From positions 1 through 38,603 of the forward strand of contig DASVNC010000290.1 of assembly GCA_036384055.1 (NCBI GenBank): 38,603 nt of DNA. The letters run 5' to 3'. The stretch's first letter is position 1; the number at the start of each line of letters is the position of its first letter. The notes beneath the pieces were generated by a model, which saw only the letters and a program-made list of their open reading frames with translations, was not told where the DNA came from and ran no database searches. This stretch comes from Parvibaculum sp. (GTDB taxonomy: Bacteria; Pseudomonadota; Alphaproteobacteria; Parvibaculales; Parvibaculaceae). Positions 1-9,524 of this stretch are shown piece after piece. Made by a program: the position numbers and the translations under genes.

Positions 1-285
1 CTGGGCGATGACGCGCTCGACGCGGCGGCGGCGCGCGGCGTCGACATGCTGGTCAAAGTTCGTTCCACGTCCGCGCCGATCCCCGCGCGACTGGGCTTCG
101 ACGCGCAAGGCCGCATCGAGGTCGTGTTGGCGGAGGGCGAGGACGGCGTCGCGCCCGGTCAGGCATGTGTCTTCTATGACGCTGGCGCGGGCATGCGCGT
201 GCTCGGCGGCGGGTTCATCGCCGAGGCGCTCTCCGACGCGATGGGCGAAATGTCGTTCCGGCCTTCGCAGGCTGCGGCTCAGTGA
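1..285 (+). CDS. mnmA: tRNA 2-thiouridine(34) synthase MnmA, C-terminal fragment (5' end outside window)
   Basis: Open frame from base 1. It ends VKVRS...GVAPGQACVFYD...RVLGGGFI, the characteristic MnmA C-terminal motif. Confidence 0.9.
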   Translation: MGDDALDAAAARGVDMLVKVRSTSAPIPARLGFDAQGRIEVVLAEGEDGVAPGQACVFYDAGAGMRVLGGGFIAEALSDAMGEMSFRPSQAAAQ

Positions 286-427
286 CGCCTGGCAGGCAAA
301 ACGAGGTTCCGGCGGGCATCCGTCAGTCGAATCCGGCAGGCTTGAGGCCGCCAGCGGGAATAAAAGGCTTGCGGGTAGGGGGACCGACCCGCACATTAGG
401 CTCTGGTAACGAAGGTGGGAGAGCGCG

Positions 428-1108
428 TTGAACGGAATTGCTCGCATTGACGAACAGTCGGTGCTCAAGGCCTATGCGCGTTGGGCGCCGGTTTATGACT
501 GGTCGTTCGGGCCCATCGCCGATTTCGGCCGCAAGCGCGCCATCGACGTGATCAACCAGCGCGATGGAACATTGCTGGAAGTCGGCGTCGGCACAGGCGT
601 CGCGCTGCCGCGCTACGCACAGCATCTTTCCATCACCGGCATCGATTTTTCTCCCGACATGCTGCGCAAGGCGCGCCAGCGGGCGCGGGCGCGCAAGCTG
701 CGCAACGTCGCCGGTCTTTACGAGATGGACGCCTCGCAGCTGCGTTTCGAAGACGCGTCCTTCGACACGGTCGTCGCCATGTATGTGATGACGGTGGTGC
801 CGGATCCGGTGAAGGTGCTTGCCGAGCTTGAGCGCGTCTGTGCGCCGGGCGGCGAGGTCGTCATCGTCAATCACTTCGCGCAGGATCACGGTCTTCGCGG
901 CAGGATCGAACGCTGGATGGCGCCGGCGGCGCGCGCGCTCGGCTGGCATCCGGATTTCCGCATCGAGACGATCACGCATATGACGACGCTCGATCTCATC
1001 GAAACCCGCTCGCTGCAGCCAATGGGCCTTTTCACCATGCTGCGCTTCCGCAAGGCGGGCGGCGCCGAAGCCGCCGATCCGGCCATTTCCGGGGACCGCC
1101 CGGCCTGA
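428..1108 (+). CDS. pmtA: Class I SAM methyltransferase, phosphatidylethanolamine N-methyltransferase (Rhodobacter-type PmtA-like)
   Basis: AYARWAPVYD N-terminus, LEVGVGTG SAM motif, VAMYVMTVVPDP and VIVNHF. TTG start with GGGAG upstream. Confidence 0.75.
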   Translation: MNGIARIDEQSVLKAYARWAPVYDWSFGPIADFGRKRAIDVINQRDGTLLEVGVGTGVALPRYAQHLSITGIDFSPDMLRKARQRARARKLRNVAGLYEMDASQLRFEDASFDTVVAMYVMTVVPDPVKVLAELERVCAPGGEVVIVNHFAQDHGLRGRIERWMAPAARALGWHPDFRIETITHMTTLDLIETRSLQPMGLFTMLRFRKAGGAEAADPAISGDRPA

Positions 1109-1109
1109 C

Positions 1110-1138
1110 TTGACAGGCTTTGCGACCGGCCCTTATAT
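1110..1138 (+). promoter_or_regulatory. Putative sigma70 promoter of tRNA-Met
   Basis: TTGACA (1110-1115), 17-nt spacer, TTATAT (1133-1138), about 53 nt upstream of the tRNA. Confidence 0.65.
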
Positions 1139-1191
1139 CCCCCTCTCTTTTGAGGCAGGAGCCCTTCTTTTCGGGCCCCTTAGCCCATCGG

Positions 1192-1268
1192 GGCGGAGTA
1201 GCTCAGTTGGTTAGAGCAGCGGAATCATAATCCGCGTGTCGGCGGTTCGAATCCGTCCTCCGCTACCA
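1192..1268 (+). tRNA. tRNA-Met (CAT), probably elongator
   Basis: 77 nt GGCGGAGTAGCTCAGTTGGTTAGAGCAGCGGAATCATAATCCGC...GGTTCGAATCCGTCCTCCGCTACCA. Acceptor stem, D-arm, anticodon stem GCGGA/TCCGC with CAT, TTCGA T-loop and encoded CCA are all present. It lacks the initiator GGG/CCC anticodon stem. Confidence 0.95.
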
Positions 1269-1331
1269 CTATTATCGCCTGACAGATTGCGCGGCTGCCG
1301 GCCGAAGTCGTTGGGACCACCCCAAGTGTCG

Positions 1332-1375
1332 AAAATATTTCGGGCGGGTCCGTCCGTGATGCCCCGAATATTTTT
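1332..1375 (+). terminator. Imperfect hairpin with T-tract downstream of tRNA (possible terminator)
   Basis: AAAATATTTCGGG...CCCCGAATATTTTT inverted repeat with one bulge. Confidence 0.35.
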
Positions 1376-1563
1376 GTGCCGGGTGCTACACTTGCAGACC
1401 CCGTCGCCAAGATGAGGCCATCGAAAAGAGTTTTCTGGCCGGGCGGGGTGGCAATAGCGTTGCACGAGTGGCAGATAATATTCACGACGCTGACAATCAG
1501 GCGCAGGGGGCGCCAAATGGCGTATTCGTATGCGAGCGAATTTTGCCGGTGGACGAGGGTGAG

Positions 1564-2343
1564 ATGACCAAGGTTGTAATTCTCGCGGGTGGTCTCGGCA
1601 CGCGTATTTCGGAGGAAAGTCAGCTCCGGCCGAAGCCCATGATCGAGATCGGCGGGCGGCCGATCCTCTGGCACATCATGAAAATCTATACGCATTACGG
1701 ACTGACCGATTTCGTCGTTTGCCTCGGCTATCGCGGCTACATGATCAAGGAATATTTCGCGAACTACGTTCTTCACTCATCGGATGTAACGATCGATGCG
1801 AAGACCGGAGAAATTATCTTTCACCAGAAAACCGCGGAACCCTGGCGTGTCACGCTTGTCGATACCGGCGCAGATACGTTGACGGGGGGTCGTGTAAAGC
1901 GCGTGCGCAATTATCTCGATACCGATGAGCCGTTCTGCATGACTTACGGCGACGGCGTTTCGGACATTGATATCGGCGCGCTTGTCGCCTTTCACAAAGG
2001 CCACGGCAAGGAGGCGACCTTGACCAGTGTGATTCCGCCGGGCCGGTGTGGCGCACTGGAGATGGAAGATTCGCGGGTTCAGCGGTTCATCGAAAAGCCG
2101 CCAGGCGACAATGCCTGGATCAATGGCGGTTTTTTCGTCCTTCAGCCTTCGGTGCTCGACCGCATCGCCGGCGACGCGACGCCGTTCGAAGGCGATCCGC
2201 TTTCGAGTCTTGCCGGCGACGGTCAGCTGATGGCCTTCAGGCATAGCGGGTTCTGGCAGCCGATGGACACGTTGCGAGAGAAGAACTATCTGGAAGAGCT
2301 GTGGGCGAGCGGCGCGGCCCCGTGGAAGGTGTGGGAGTCCTGA
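1564..2343 (+). CDS. rfbF: Glucose-1-phosphate cytidylyltransferase
   Basis: MTKVVILAGGLGTRISEES..PKPMIEIGGRPILWHIMK, TYGDG, WINGGFFV, GFWQPMDTLREK. Start moved to ATG 1564 (GAGGG upstream). Confidence 0.95.
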   Translation: MTKVVILAGGLGTRISEESQLRPKPMIEIGGRPILWHIMKIYTHYGLTDFVVCLGYRGYMIKEYFANYVLHSSDVTIDAKTGEIIFHQKTAEPWRVTLVDTGADTLTGGRVKRVRNYLDTDEPFCMTYGDGVSDIDIGALVAFHKGHGKEATLTSVIPPGRCGALEMEDSRVQRFIEKPPGDNAWINGGFFVLQPSVLDRIAGDATPFEGDPLSSLAGDGQLMAFRHSGFWQPMDTLREKNYLEELWASGAAPWKVWES

Positions 2344-3444
2344 GTGCGGATCGACGGGCTCGACACAGACTTCTGGCGCGGGAAACGCGTCCTGCTGACC
2401 GGCCATACGGGCTTCAAGGGTTCGTGGGCGGCTTTGTGGCTTTCGCGGCTCGGCGCCGATCTGACGGGTATATCCCTTGCGCCTGACAGCGAGCCGAACC
2501 TCTTCTCGTTGTCAGCGGCCGATCGCGGTATCCGCTCGCATCTGATCGACCTCAGGGACCGCGACACGCTCCGCTCCTGCGTCGCCGACGCCGATCCGGA
2601 GATCGTCATACACATGGCGGCACAACCGCTGGTCCGGCGGTCATATGCGCACCCCGTCGAGAACTTCGAAACCAACGTGATGGGAACGGTGCATCTTCTC
2701 GATGCGTTGCGCGATGTACGCAGCCTCGACACCCTGCTCGTCGTGACGACCGACAAGGTCTATGAGAATGCCGAGGAGGGCCAAGCTTTCCGCGAGAGCG
2801 ATCCGCTGGGCGGGCACGATCCCTATGCCGCTTCCAAGGCGGCGACGGAGATTGTCGTTTCCAGCTATGCACGCTCCTTCTTCGCCGGCAGCGGCGTCAA
2901 GGTGGCGACGGCGCGCGGAGGCAATGTCATTGGTGGTGGAGATTTTTCGCCTGACCGTATTGTTCCCGACGTCTGGCGGGCCGTCTGCGCCGGCGAGCCG
3001 GTTGTGCTGCGCAATCCGCTTGCGGCGCGGCCGTGGCAGCATGTTCTCGACTGTCTGAGCGGATATTTCACATTTGTTCGTGCCTTGAGTGAAGGGAGCG
3101 TCTCGGTGCCCGCGCTCAACTTTGGCCCGCCTCACGACAGCGCGCCCGTCACGGTCGCCGAGCTTGCCGCGGCGATTCAATCGGCGCTCGGAGCGGCCAA
3201 GACCTGGCGGCCCGGCAACGATGCTGGCCCGCACGAAATGATGACGCTTGGAATCGACTCAAGCCTGGCGCGCGATCTGCTCGGGTGGAGAGATAACTTA
3301 TCTGGCTATCTGGGGATTGAGTGGCTGGCGGACTGGTATCGGGCATTCAATCGGCGCGAGGACATGCGCCAGGTCACGCTGTCGCAAATTTCCGCCTACG
3401 GAGAGCTCTATTGCGCCGATAAATCGAGGGGAACGTCCGCATGA
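2344..3444 (+). CDS. rfbG: CDP-glucose 4,6-dehydratase
   Basis: FWRGKRVLLTGHTGFKGSW, HMAAQPLVRRSY, TTDKVY, YAASK, ARGGNVIGGGD, RPWQHVLD. Abuts rfbF. Confidence 0.95.
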   Translation: MRIDGLDTDFWRGKRVLLTGHTGFKGSWAALWLSRLGADLTGISLAPDSEPNLFSLSAADRGIRSHLIDLRDRDTLRSCVADADPEIVIHMAAQPLVRRSYAHPVENFETNVMGTVHLLDALRDVRSLDTLLVVTTDKVYENAEEGQAFRESDPLGGHDPYAASKAATEIVVSSYARSFFAGSGVKVATARGGNVIGGGDFSPDRIVPDVWRAVCAGEPVVLRNPLAARPWQHVLDCLSGYFTFVRALSEGSVSVPALNFGPPHDSAPVTVAELAAAIQSALGAAKTWRPGNDAGPHEMMTLGIDSSLARDLLGWRDNLSGYLGIEWLADWYRAFNRREDMRQVTLSQISAYGELYCADKSRGTSA

Positions 3445-3989
3445 GCAATCGGTTCGATATCGCAGGGACACCTCTCGACGGGCTCATCCGCATCGAGCGC
3501 AAGCGGCTTGGGGACGAAAGAGGCTGGTTTGAGCGCATGTTTTGTGGTGACGAATTGCTAGGCGCCGGATGGGTCTGGCCGATTGCCCAAGTCAACCGGA
3601 GCCTGACCTCGCGGCGCGGAACGGTGCGAGGAATGCATTTCCAGCGCGCGCCGCATGCGGAAGCAAAGTTTGTCAGCTGTCTTGCCGGCGAGGTTTTCGA
3701 CGTCGCGGTCGATCTGCGAGAGGGTTCCGCGACCTATGGGCGGTGGCATGGCGAAATCCTGTCGGCCGACAACGCGCGCAGCCTGTTTATTCCGCAAGGT
3801 TTCGCGCATGGCTTCCAGACGTTGAGCGAGAATGTCGAGATGCTCTATTTCCATTCCAAGGCTTATGCGGCCGAAGCCGAGGATGGCGTCCGACCGAACG
3901 ATCCGGTACTTGCCATTGCCTGGCCGTTGCCGATATCGGAAATGTCGCCGCGCGATCACGGCCACAAGCTTTTGCGCGAGAGGAACTGA
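3441..3989 (+). CDS. rfbC: NDP-4-keto-6-deoxyhexose 3,5-epimerase (RfbC/RmlC family)
   Basis: DERGWF, GTVRGMHFQ, VFDVAVDLR, IPQGFAHGFQTL cupin motifs. ATGA overlap with rfbG. Confidence 0.9.
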   Translation: MSNRFDIAGTPLDGLIRIERKRLGDERGWFERMFCGDELLGAGWVWPIAQVNRSLTSRRGTVRGMHFQRAPHAEAKFVSCLAGEVFDVAVDLREGSATYGRWHGEILSADNARSLFIPQGFAHGFQTLSENVEMLYFHSKAYAAEAEDGVRPNDPVLAIAWPLPISEMSPRDHGHKLLRERN

Positions 3990-3991
3990 GT

Positions 3992-5221
3992 GTGAAGTGC
4001 CGTCACTGTGGAGCGCCGCTTTCGCTGCCTTTCATCGATCTGGGCTCGGCGCCGCCGTCCAACGCCTATCTGACCGCTGAAACCCTGAAGAGCCCCGAGA
4101 CCTGGTATCCGTTGCGGGTTCTCGTCTGCACGTCCTGCTGGCTGGTTCAGACGGAAGATCATGCGGGGCGGGAAGAGCTTTTCGCGCATGACTATGCCTA
4201 TTTCAGCTCCACCTCGTCGAGCTGGCTCGCTCACGCCAAATCCTATGTCGATGCGATGGCGAAGCGGTTCGGTCTTGCGGGCGGAAGCATGGTTGCCGAA
4301 GTGGCGGCGAATGACGGCTACCTTCTTCAATATGTGCAGGCGCTCGGCATTCCATGTTACGGCGTCGAACCGACGGCAAGCACGGCGACCGCTGCGCGGG
4401 CCAAAGGCATCCCGATTGTCGAGAAATTCTTTGGTCGCGATCTCGCCCTGGAGCTGACCGCTGCCGGGCGTCAGGCGGACCTCACGGCCGCCAACAATGT
4501 TCTCGCCCATGTTCCGGACATCAATGATTTTGTCTCCGGTTTTGCCGTCCTGCTGAAGCCCGCAGGTGTCGCGACTTTTGAGTTTCCGCATCTGATGCGG
4601 CTTGTGAGCGAATGCCAGTTCGACACCATCTATCACGAACACTATTCCTATTTGTCGCTGACGGCGGTCGATCGGATATTCCGGGCTAACGGCCTGAGCG
4701 TCTTCGATGTCGAGGAGCACCCGACGCATGGCGGGAGCCTGCGTGTTTTCGCTCAGAAGACAGGCGGCCCACACACTCAATCCGCTCATGTCGGCGAACT
4801 GCTGGCGCGCGAGCAGACGGCAGGCATATCGACGCCGGCCTTCTACGCCAGCCTGCAGCGCCGCGCCGAGAAAGTGAAAGACGATCTTGTCGCGTTCCTG
4901 ATCGAGGCCAAGCGGCGGGGCCGCAAGGTCGGCGCTTACGGAGCCGCCGCGAAGGGGAACACCCTGCTCAACTTCGCGGGCATCAAGCCGGATTTGCTGC
5001 CCTATGTCGTCGACCGCGCGGCCGCCAAACAGGGTAAATTCATGCCGGGGAGCCGCATCCCCATCGTTTCCGAGGCCCACCTGCAGGCCGACCGGCCCGA
5101 CTTCATTCTGATCCTGCCCTGGAACATTCAGGAGGAAGTCCGGCGGCAGCTCGGCTATGTTCGCGATTGGGGCGGCAGCTTTGTGACGGCGGTGCCGGAT
5201 ATCCGCTCTGCAAATTCATGA
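3992..5221 (+). CDS. NDP-hexose C-methyltransferase (zinc-binding N-terminus, class I SAM, C-terminal C-methyltransferase domain)
   Basis: GTG start CRHCG...CTSC Zn motif, EVAANDGYLL, NNVLAHVPD, DTIYHEHYSY, HGGSLR, GAYGAAAKGNTLLN, ILPWN. Confidence 0.88.
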   Translation: MKCRHCGAPLSLPFIDLGSAPPSNAYLTAETLKSPETWYPLRVLVCTSCWLVQTEDHAGREELFAHDYAYFSSTSSSWLAHAKSYVDAMAKRFGLAGGSMVAEVAANDGYLLQYVQALGIPCYGVEPTASTATAARAKGIPIVEKFFGRDLALELTAAGRQADLTAANNVLAHVPDINDFVSGFAVLLKPAGVATFEFPHLMRLVSECQFDTIYHEHYSYLSLTAVDRIFRANGLSVFDVEEHPTHGGSLRVFAQKTGGPHTQSAHVGELLAREQTAGISTPAFYASLQRRAEKVKDDLVAFLIEAKRRGRKVGAYGAAAKGNTLLNFAGIKPDLLPYVVDRAAAKQGKFMPGSRIPIVSEAHLQADRPDFILILPWNIQEEVRRQLGYVRDWGGSFVTAVPDIRSANS

Positions 5222-5228
5222 TGCACCT

Positions 5229-6020
5229 ATGCAAGAATGGTCTGGTGCAATGATGCCGGACGACATGTTCGCGGACACGCAGAGGATTCGGCAGAAGACA
5301 CGCCGCCGTGTCGTGATTTCGCAACCCATGTATTTTCCATGGCCCGGTTTCTTTGAGCAAATGGCATTGGCGGATGTCTATGTCTGGCTCGATGACGCAC
5401 AATTTTCCAAGGGGTCTTTCACCAATCGGATCCAGGTGAAGCTAGGTGGCGACCGAAAGTGGATGAGCATTCCGCTCGAGGGCAAGGGCACCAAGGCGAT
5501 CATCGGCGATCTCCGGCCGGGCATCGAGAACTGGGCCTCGTCGCACCGCGAACTTTTGCGACAGAGCTTCAAGGCGGCACCGGCGCGTGACGAAGCGCTG
5601 GCCATCTTCGACAGAGCCGTCACCGCGCCCCGACTGGTCGATTGTCTTGTTGCATCGGCCGAGGAACCTGCGCTCGCGCTCGGTGTTCGGCCGGCAAGCA
5701 TATTTCGGTCACATGAGATGAACGTGCCGGGCCAGTCCTGGCAACGAGTTCTCGATCTCGTCAAGGCAGTCGGTGGGACGAAATACATCACTGGACATGG
5801 CGCGGCTCATTACCTCGATCATATGGAGTTTGAGCGGCAGGGGGTGGAGGTGGCCTATATGGATTACAGCCTCACCGAGTGGCCGCAGGCGAATGAGCCA
5901 TTCACGCCTTATGTCACGGTTCTGGATTTGATTGCGGCGGTCGGAGAAGATGCGCGGCGCTATCTCAGGCCGAAAACTGTTTCTTGGAGAGAATTTCTCG
6001 CGCGCCGTGCGCGCAGTTGA
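5229..6020 (+). CDS. WbqC family protein
   Basis: ISQPMYFPWPGFF, LDDAQF..GSFTNR, YITGHGA..YLD. The start may be a later ATG. Confidence 0.85.
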   Translation: MQEWSGAMMPDDMFADTQRIRQKTRRRVVISQPMYFPWPGFFEQMALADVYVWLDDAQFSKGSFTNRIQVKLGGDRKWMSIPLEGKGTKAIIGDLRPGIENWASSHRELLRQSFKAAPARDEALAIFDRAVTAPRLVDCLVASAEEPALALGVRPASIFRSHEMNVPGQSWQRVLDLVKAVGGTKYITGHGAAHYLDHMEFERQGVEVAYMDYSLTEWPQANEPFTPYVTVLDLIAAVGEDARRYLRPKTVSWREFLARRARS

Positions 6021-6041
6021 TGTCCTGCGCGTTCGATCATT

Positions 6042-6956
6042 CTATCGCCCGGCCTGTGTCACATCTTCGAGGCTATTATGTGCTCGCCCGTGAATTACCT
6101 CGCGTAAATAGCGCCGAGCGATCTTGCGCCTTCCGAAACAGCGATCGCTCGCGTGATTACGAATTAGGATCGATAAGGCAATTCGTTCGAAGGTCGAAAA
6201 ATTTCGACGAGAAACAACATCTTCGCAGCGGAGAATGTAGGCGCGTCTGACAATTGCCATATCCGATGCTGGCGGGCGAATTCGAATAGGCCTCGCGCGA
6301 GTATGTTGGAAGAATGCCGTTGCGCCCGTGCATACTATGGACTGGTCCAGAATAACAGGAAATAGCATGAGAGGATCGGATGCCCAGGCAAAGGGATAGG
6401 CCCGCTGGGTTTCGTGGATGATTTGACGAATAATCGATGTTTTCCACAGACCATAGAGCCAGGCCGAGTTGGCTTGCTGCAGCATCTGGCGAATGCGCGC
6501 GATACGACCAGTCCCGCTAATCACGGGAACGTGCGAGCGAGCCGTCTCGTGGCCGTCCACATCATTTGTAATCACGATCGGTGCTGCGAGTTCGGCATTT
6601 GGTGTACCGAGAAGCAAGGTGTGGAGGACTTCTATGAAATTTGCTTCACTAAGATCGTCATGCGCACGCCAAAGGAAGTGCTCGCCGGTCGCGGCGTCAA
6701 GAACATCGATGAAGTTCTTGAATGCGCCTTCGTTTTGACGTTGACGAAAATAGTGGAAACGTGAGTCGCGTGTCACGTATTCGCGGGCAATGTCGCTCGT
6801 TGCGTCAGTCGATGCATTGTCAAAAATCAAAATCTCGATGTCTTTGAATGTCTGGGTCCGCAGACACTCCAAACAGGCGCGTAATAGCAACTCCCCATTA
6901 TAGACCGGAACGCCGACCGATACTTTAGCCAATTGGTCCCTCACCCTTTTTGACAA
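6042..6956 (-). CDS. Glycosyltransferase family 2
   Basis: VSVGVPVYNGE, IFDNASTDAT, NEGAFKNF, FLWRAHDD. AT-rich codon usage. Confidence 0.85.
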   Translation of the reverse strand: MSKRVRDQLAKVSVGVPVYNGELLLRACLECLRTQTFKDIEILIFDNASTDATSDIAREYVTRDSRFHYFRQRQNEGAFKNFIDVLDAATGEHFLWRAHDDLSEANFIEVLHTLLLGTPNAELAAPIVITNDVDGHETARSHVPVISGTGRIARIRQMLQQANSAWLYGLWKTSIIRQIIHETQRAYPFAWASDPLMLFPVILDQSIVCTGATAFFQHTRARPIRIRPPASDMAIVRRAYILRCEDVVSRRNFSTFERIALSILIRNHASDRCFGRRKIARRYLREVIHGRAHNSLEDVTQAGR

Positions 6957-6968
6957 GTAAGTAAGCCG

Positions 6969-8120
6969 TCAACCTAAAATGATTTCCTCCAGCGCACCGC
7001 AAATGATCTTAACGTCCTCCCCCCTCACGTGATAACCGGACGGCAAGTTGACGCCGTACTCGGCCATGATCTGGCCGACGGGTCGTTCCGGCAAGTGCGC
7101 AGTTGCCTGCTGGTATCCGGCAAAGGCGGGCAAGGTCGACAGACGCGAAAAGAAGGGCCGCGTGTCGATGTTGCGTTTTAGAAGTTCCTCCATCAATTTA
7201 AATTTCGATATGCCGAGCGATGGATCGGGAATGGCCGTCACCATCCAGTAGGAATTCAGCGTGCCTTCCGGCTCGACGTTGATCGCAATACCGTCGATCC
7301 CGGCCAGCTCATCGCGGTACCACGAAAATATCTGGCGCTTTCGCGCGATCAACTCATCGATGCGCTCCATCTGGGCGAGGCCGACCGCTGCCTGCATGGC
7401 GCTCATCTTGTATTTGAAGCCGACCTCGTTATTGAGGAAGAACCGATCGCCCGGCGGGCGTCCGTGGTCGCGCAACGTCATGACGCGCGCATGCAGATGA
7501 TCGTCATTGGTAACGAACATGCCGCCTTCGCCGGTCACCACCGTCTTGGAGCCGTGGAAGGAAAAGACGCCACTATCGCCGAGCGCGCCTGCCTTCTTGC
7601 CCGCGTATTCGGAGCCGAGCGCCTCGGCTGAATCTTCGAGGAGGAAAAGGTCGTGACGATCGGCGATCGCGCGCAGGCGCGTCCAGTCGGCCATTGAGCC
7701 ATACAGGTCGACGCCGATGATCGCTCTGGTCTTCTCGCTTATCGCGGCTTCCACGGCATCGGGGTCGATGCACCAGGTGTCGCTGAGAATATCGACGAAA
7801 ATCGGCGTCGCGCCCACATATACGACCGGGGCGACCGATGCGATCCAGGTGACATCCGGCACGATGACCTCATCGCCAGGTCCTATGCCTCGGGCTGCCA
7901 GAGAGAGGTGGATCGCCGCCGTGCAATGAGGCAGGGAGACAGCATGCTTGACGCCGACATATTCGGCAAAGAGCTTCTCGAACCGACTATTGAAGACGTA
8001 GTGTTCCTTGAACCAGGCTGTTCTTGCAGCCTCGGCCGCGTATTCGGCCTCGCGTTCGGTGATCCAGGGACCGGCAACGGCTATGAGTTCCGGAGCGCTG
8101 ATCACAATTCGCCCAATCAT
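6969..8120 (-). CDS. DegT/DnrJ/EryC1/StrS PLP-dependent sugar aminotransferase (perosamine-synthase-like)
   Basis: IGPGDEVIVPD, LEDSAEALG, FSFHGSKTVVTGEGGM (PLP lysine), GFKYKMS, NLPS. Confidence 0.92.
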   Translation of the reverse strand: MIGRIVISAPELIAVAGPWITEREAEYAAEAARTAWFKEHYVFNSRFEKLFAEYVGVKHAVSLPHCTAAIHLSLAARGIGPGDEVIVPDVTWIASVAPVVYVGATPIFVDILSDTWCIDPDAVEAAISEKTRAIIGVDLYGSMADWTRLRAIADRHDLFLLEDSAEALGSEYAGKKAGALGDSGVFSFHGSKTVVTGEGGMFVTNDDHLHARVMTLRDHGRPPGDRFFLNNEVGFKYKMSAMQAAVGLAQMERIDELIARKRQIFSWYRDELAGIDGIAINVEPEGTLNSYWMVTAIPDPSLGISKFKLMEELLKRNIDTRPFFSRLSTLPAFAGYQQATAHLPERPVGQIMAEYGVNLPSGYHVRGEDVKIICGALEEIILG

Positions 8121-8274
8121 CCATTATTCTGTCGGCTTATTCGGATTGCCGACCGTTCACTAGCCACAGAATTCTATGTGATCGCCGTCAATATTCCAAG
8201 GCGACAGCCAAATTCTTCGCATCGTAGCGGGTTCTTGCTGCCCATGGGCAAACCATCCATACTGCATCGGTGAC

Positions 8275-9438
8275 GTGTCAGAGGCCGCATTTGTGACCAG
8301 CTATATTTCCGACGAGCAATTGAAAGGCAGCAGGAATCGTTTCGATTTACTTAGGCTGTTCGCTGCTTACCTTGTCATTGTTACCCACAGCGGAGTTCTG
8401 TTTAAGAATCTTCCGGGAGATTTCTATCTCAGCCTCACCGGAGGTACGACCGGCGGGCAGCTCGCGGTTTCGATTTTCTTCATCATCAGCGGATTTCTGA
8501 TTTACGGTTCGGCTGTCAATTCCAAAAGCCTTGGCCTGTTTCTTTTTTCGCGCGCGACCCGGCTTTACCCAGCGGCCTTCTGTTGTGCAGTCATTACAGC
8601 ATTTGGAATCGGCCTTTACTTCACCCGTCTGAATGCGTGGGATTACCTTAGCCAATGGAGTCCATATCGCTTCGTCGAGACAAACACCTTCCTTTTTGGC
8701 GTTCAGTACATGCTGCCTGGGGTATTCATCGACAATGTCGGCAGCAGTGCCGTCAACGGTTCGCTGTGGACGATTCCCCTCGAAATCAAGATGTACTTGT
8801 TCTGCGCTGGTGGGGTGTTTGTTCTGCGAAGGCCAGCCCTGTTCATCGCCGCCGCCATCGCCCTTTATGCAATTGCCGTGGCTAAAAATCCCCATTTTCA
8901 TGTGGGAGCGGACGGAGGTGATTTTCGCAAATATTCCTTTGCTTATTACTTCTTCGCGGGATCAGCGCTGTATGTGTTGCGCCATCGAATCCCAATAAGC
9001 GGTTTGGTCTTTGTTCCGTTCGCGGTCGCCTATGCAGTCTCTTTCAACACGCCAGCCTTCGATTTCATCGAGAAATTGTTCCTGCCGTATGCGGTCTTGT
9101 ATCTGGCATTCTCCTTTCCTGATTTTCAGCTCGGGCGGTTCGCGCCCCCTGACATTTCCTATGGCGTCTATATCTACGGATTTCCTCTTCAGCAGTCGGT
9201 ATCGACTCTTCTCGGTCGCACCCATTCACTTCTGTTCTGCTTTGTCGTGGCGACGCTGGCGATAACGCTCTTTGCCGTGCTGTCCTGGTACCTTATCGAA
9301 GGGCGGGCGCTGGCTGGGAAACGCGCCGCGTATGCTCGACTGGTGGTTTTCGCGACGAGGATATCAGCCCCCGCAAAAAAGAGTTGGAGCGATCTGCGCC
9401 AAAATATGCGGCGAAGATCGCTTAAGAACGAGCGCTGA
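8275..9438 (+). CDS. Acyltransferase family 3 (OafA-like glycan O-acyltransferase)
   Basis: FDLLRLFAAYLVIVTH, AVSIFFIISGFLI, RATRLYP, NGSLWTIPLE, DISYGVYIYGFP..Q, SWYLIE. Multiple TM segments. Confidence 0.9.
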   Translation: MSEAAFVTSYISDEQLKGSRNRFDLLRLFAAYLVIVTHSGVLFKNLPGDFYLSLTGGTTGGQLAVSIFFIISGFLIYGSAVNSKSLGLFLFSRATRLYPAAFCCAVITAFGIGLYFTRLNAWDYLSQWSPYRFVETNTFLFGVQYMLPGVFIDNVGSSAVNGSLWTIPLEIKMYLFCAGGVFVLRRPALFIAAAIALYAIAVAKNPHFHVGADGGDFRKYSFAYYFFAGSALYVLRHRIPISGLVFVPFAVAYAVSFNTPAFDFIEKLFLPYAVLYLAFSFPDFQLGRFAPPDISYGVYIYGFPLQQSVSTLLGRTHSLLFCFVVATLAITLFAVLSWYLIEGRALAGKRAAYARLVVFATRISAPAKKSWSDLRQNMRRRSLKNER

Positions 9439-9524
9439 AGTGAACGAATTTTGACAGCTCGTCCTACCGTCTCTGCCGGATATTCTGCGCGAGTCTAATT
9501 GTACAGGATGCCGGCCACGGGTCT

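Noticed and set aside
1211-1776. Minus-strand ORFs 1211-1516 and 1225-1776
   Set aside because: They are antisense to the tRNA and rfbF. Their ends (GGRIRTADTRIMIPLL, AEDGFEPPTRGL) are typical translations of a tRNA reverse strand.
3569-3991. 141-aa N-terminal extension of the C-methyltransferase ORF
   Set aside because: It overlaps the epimerase in another frame. The family starts at the CxxC motif (GTG 3992).
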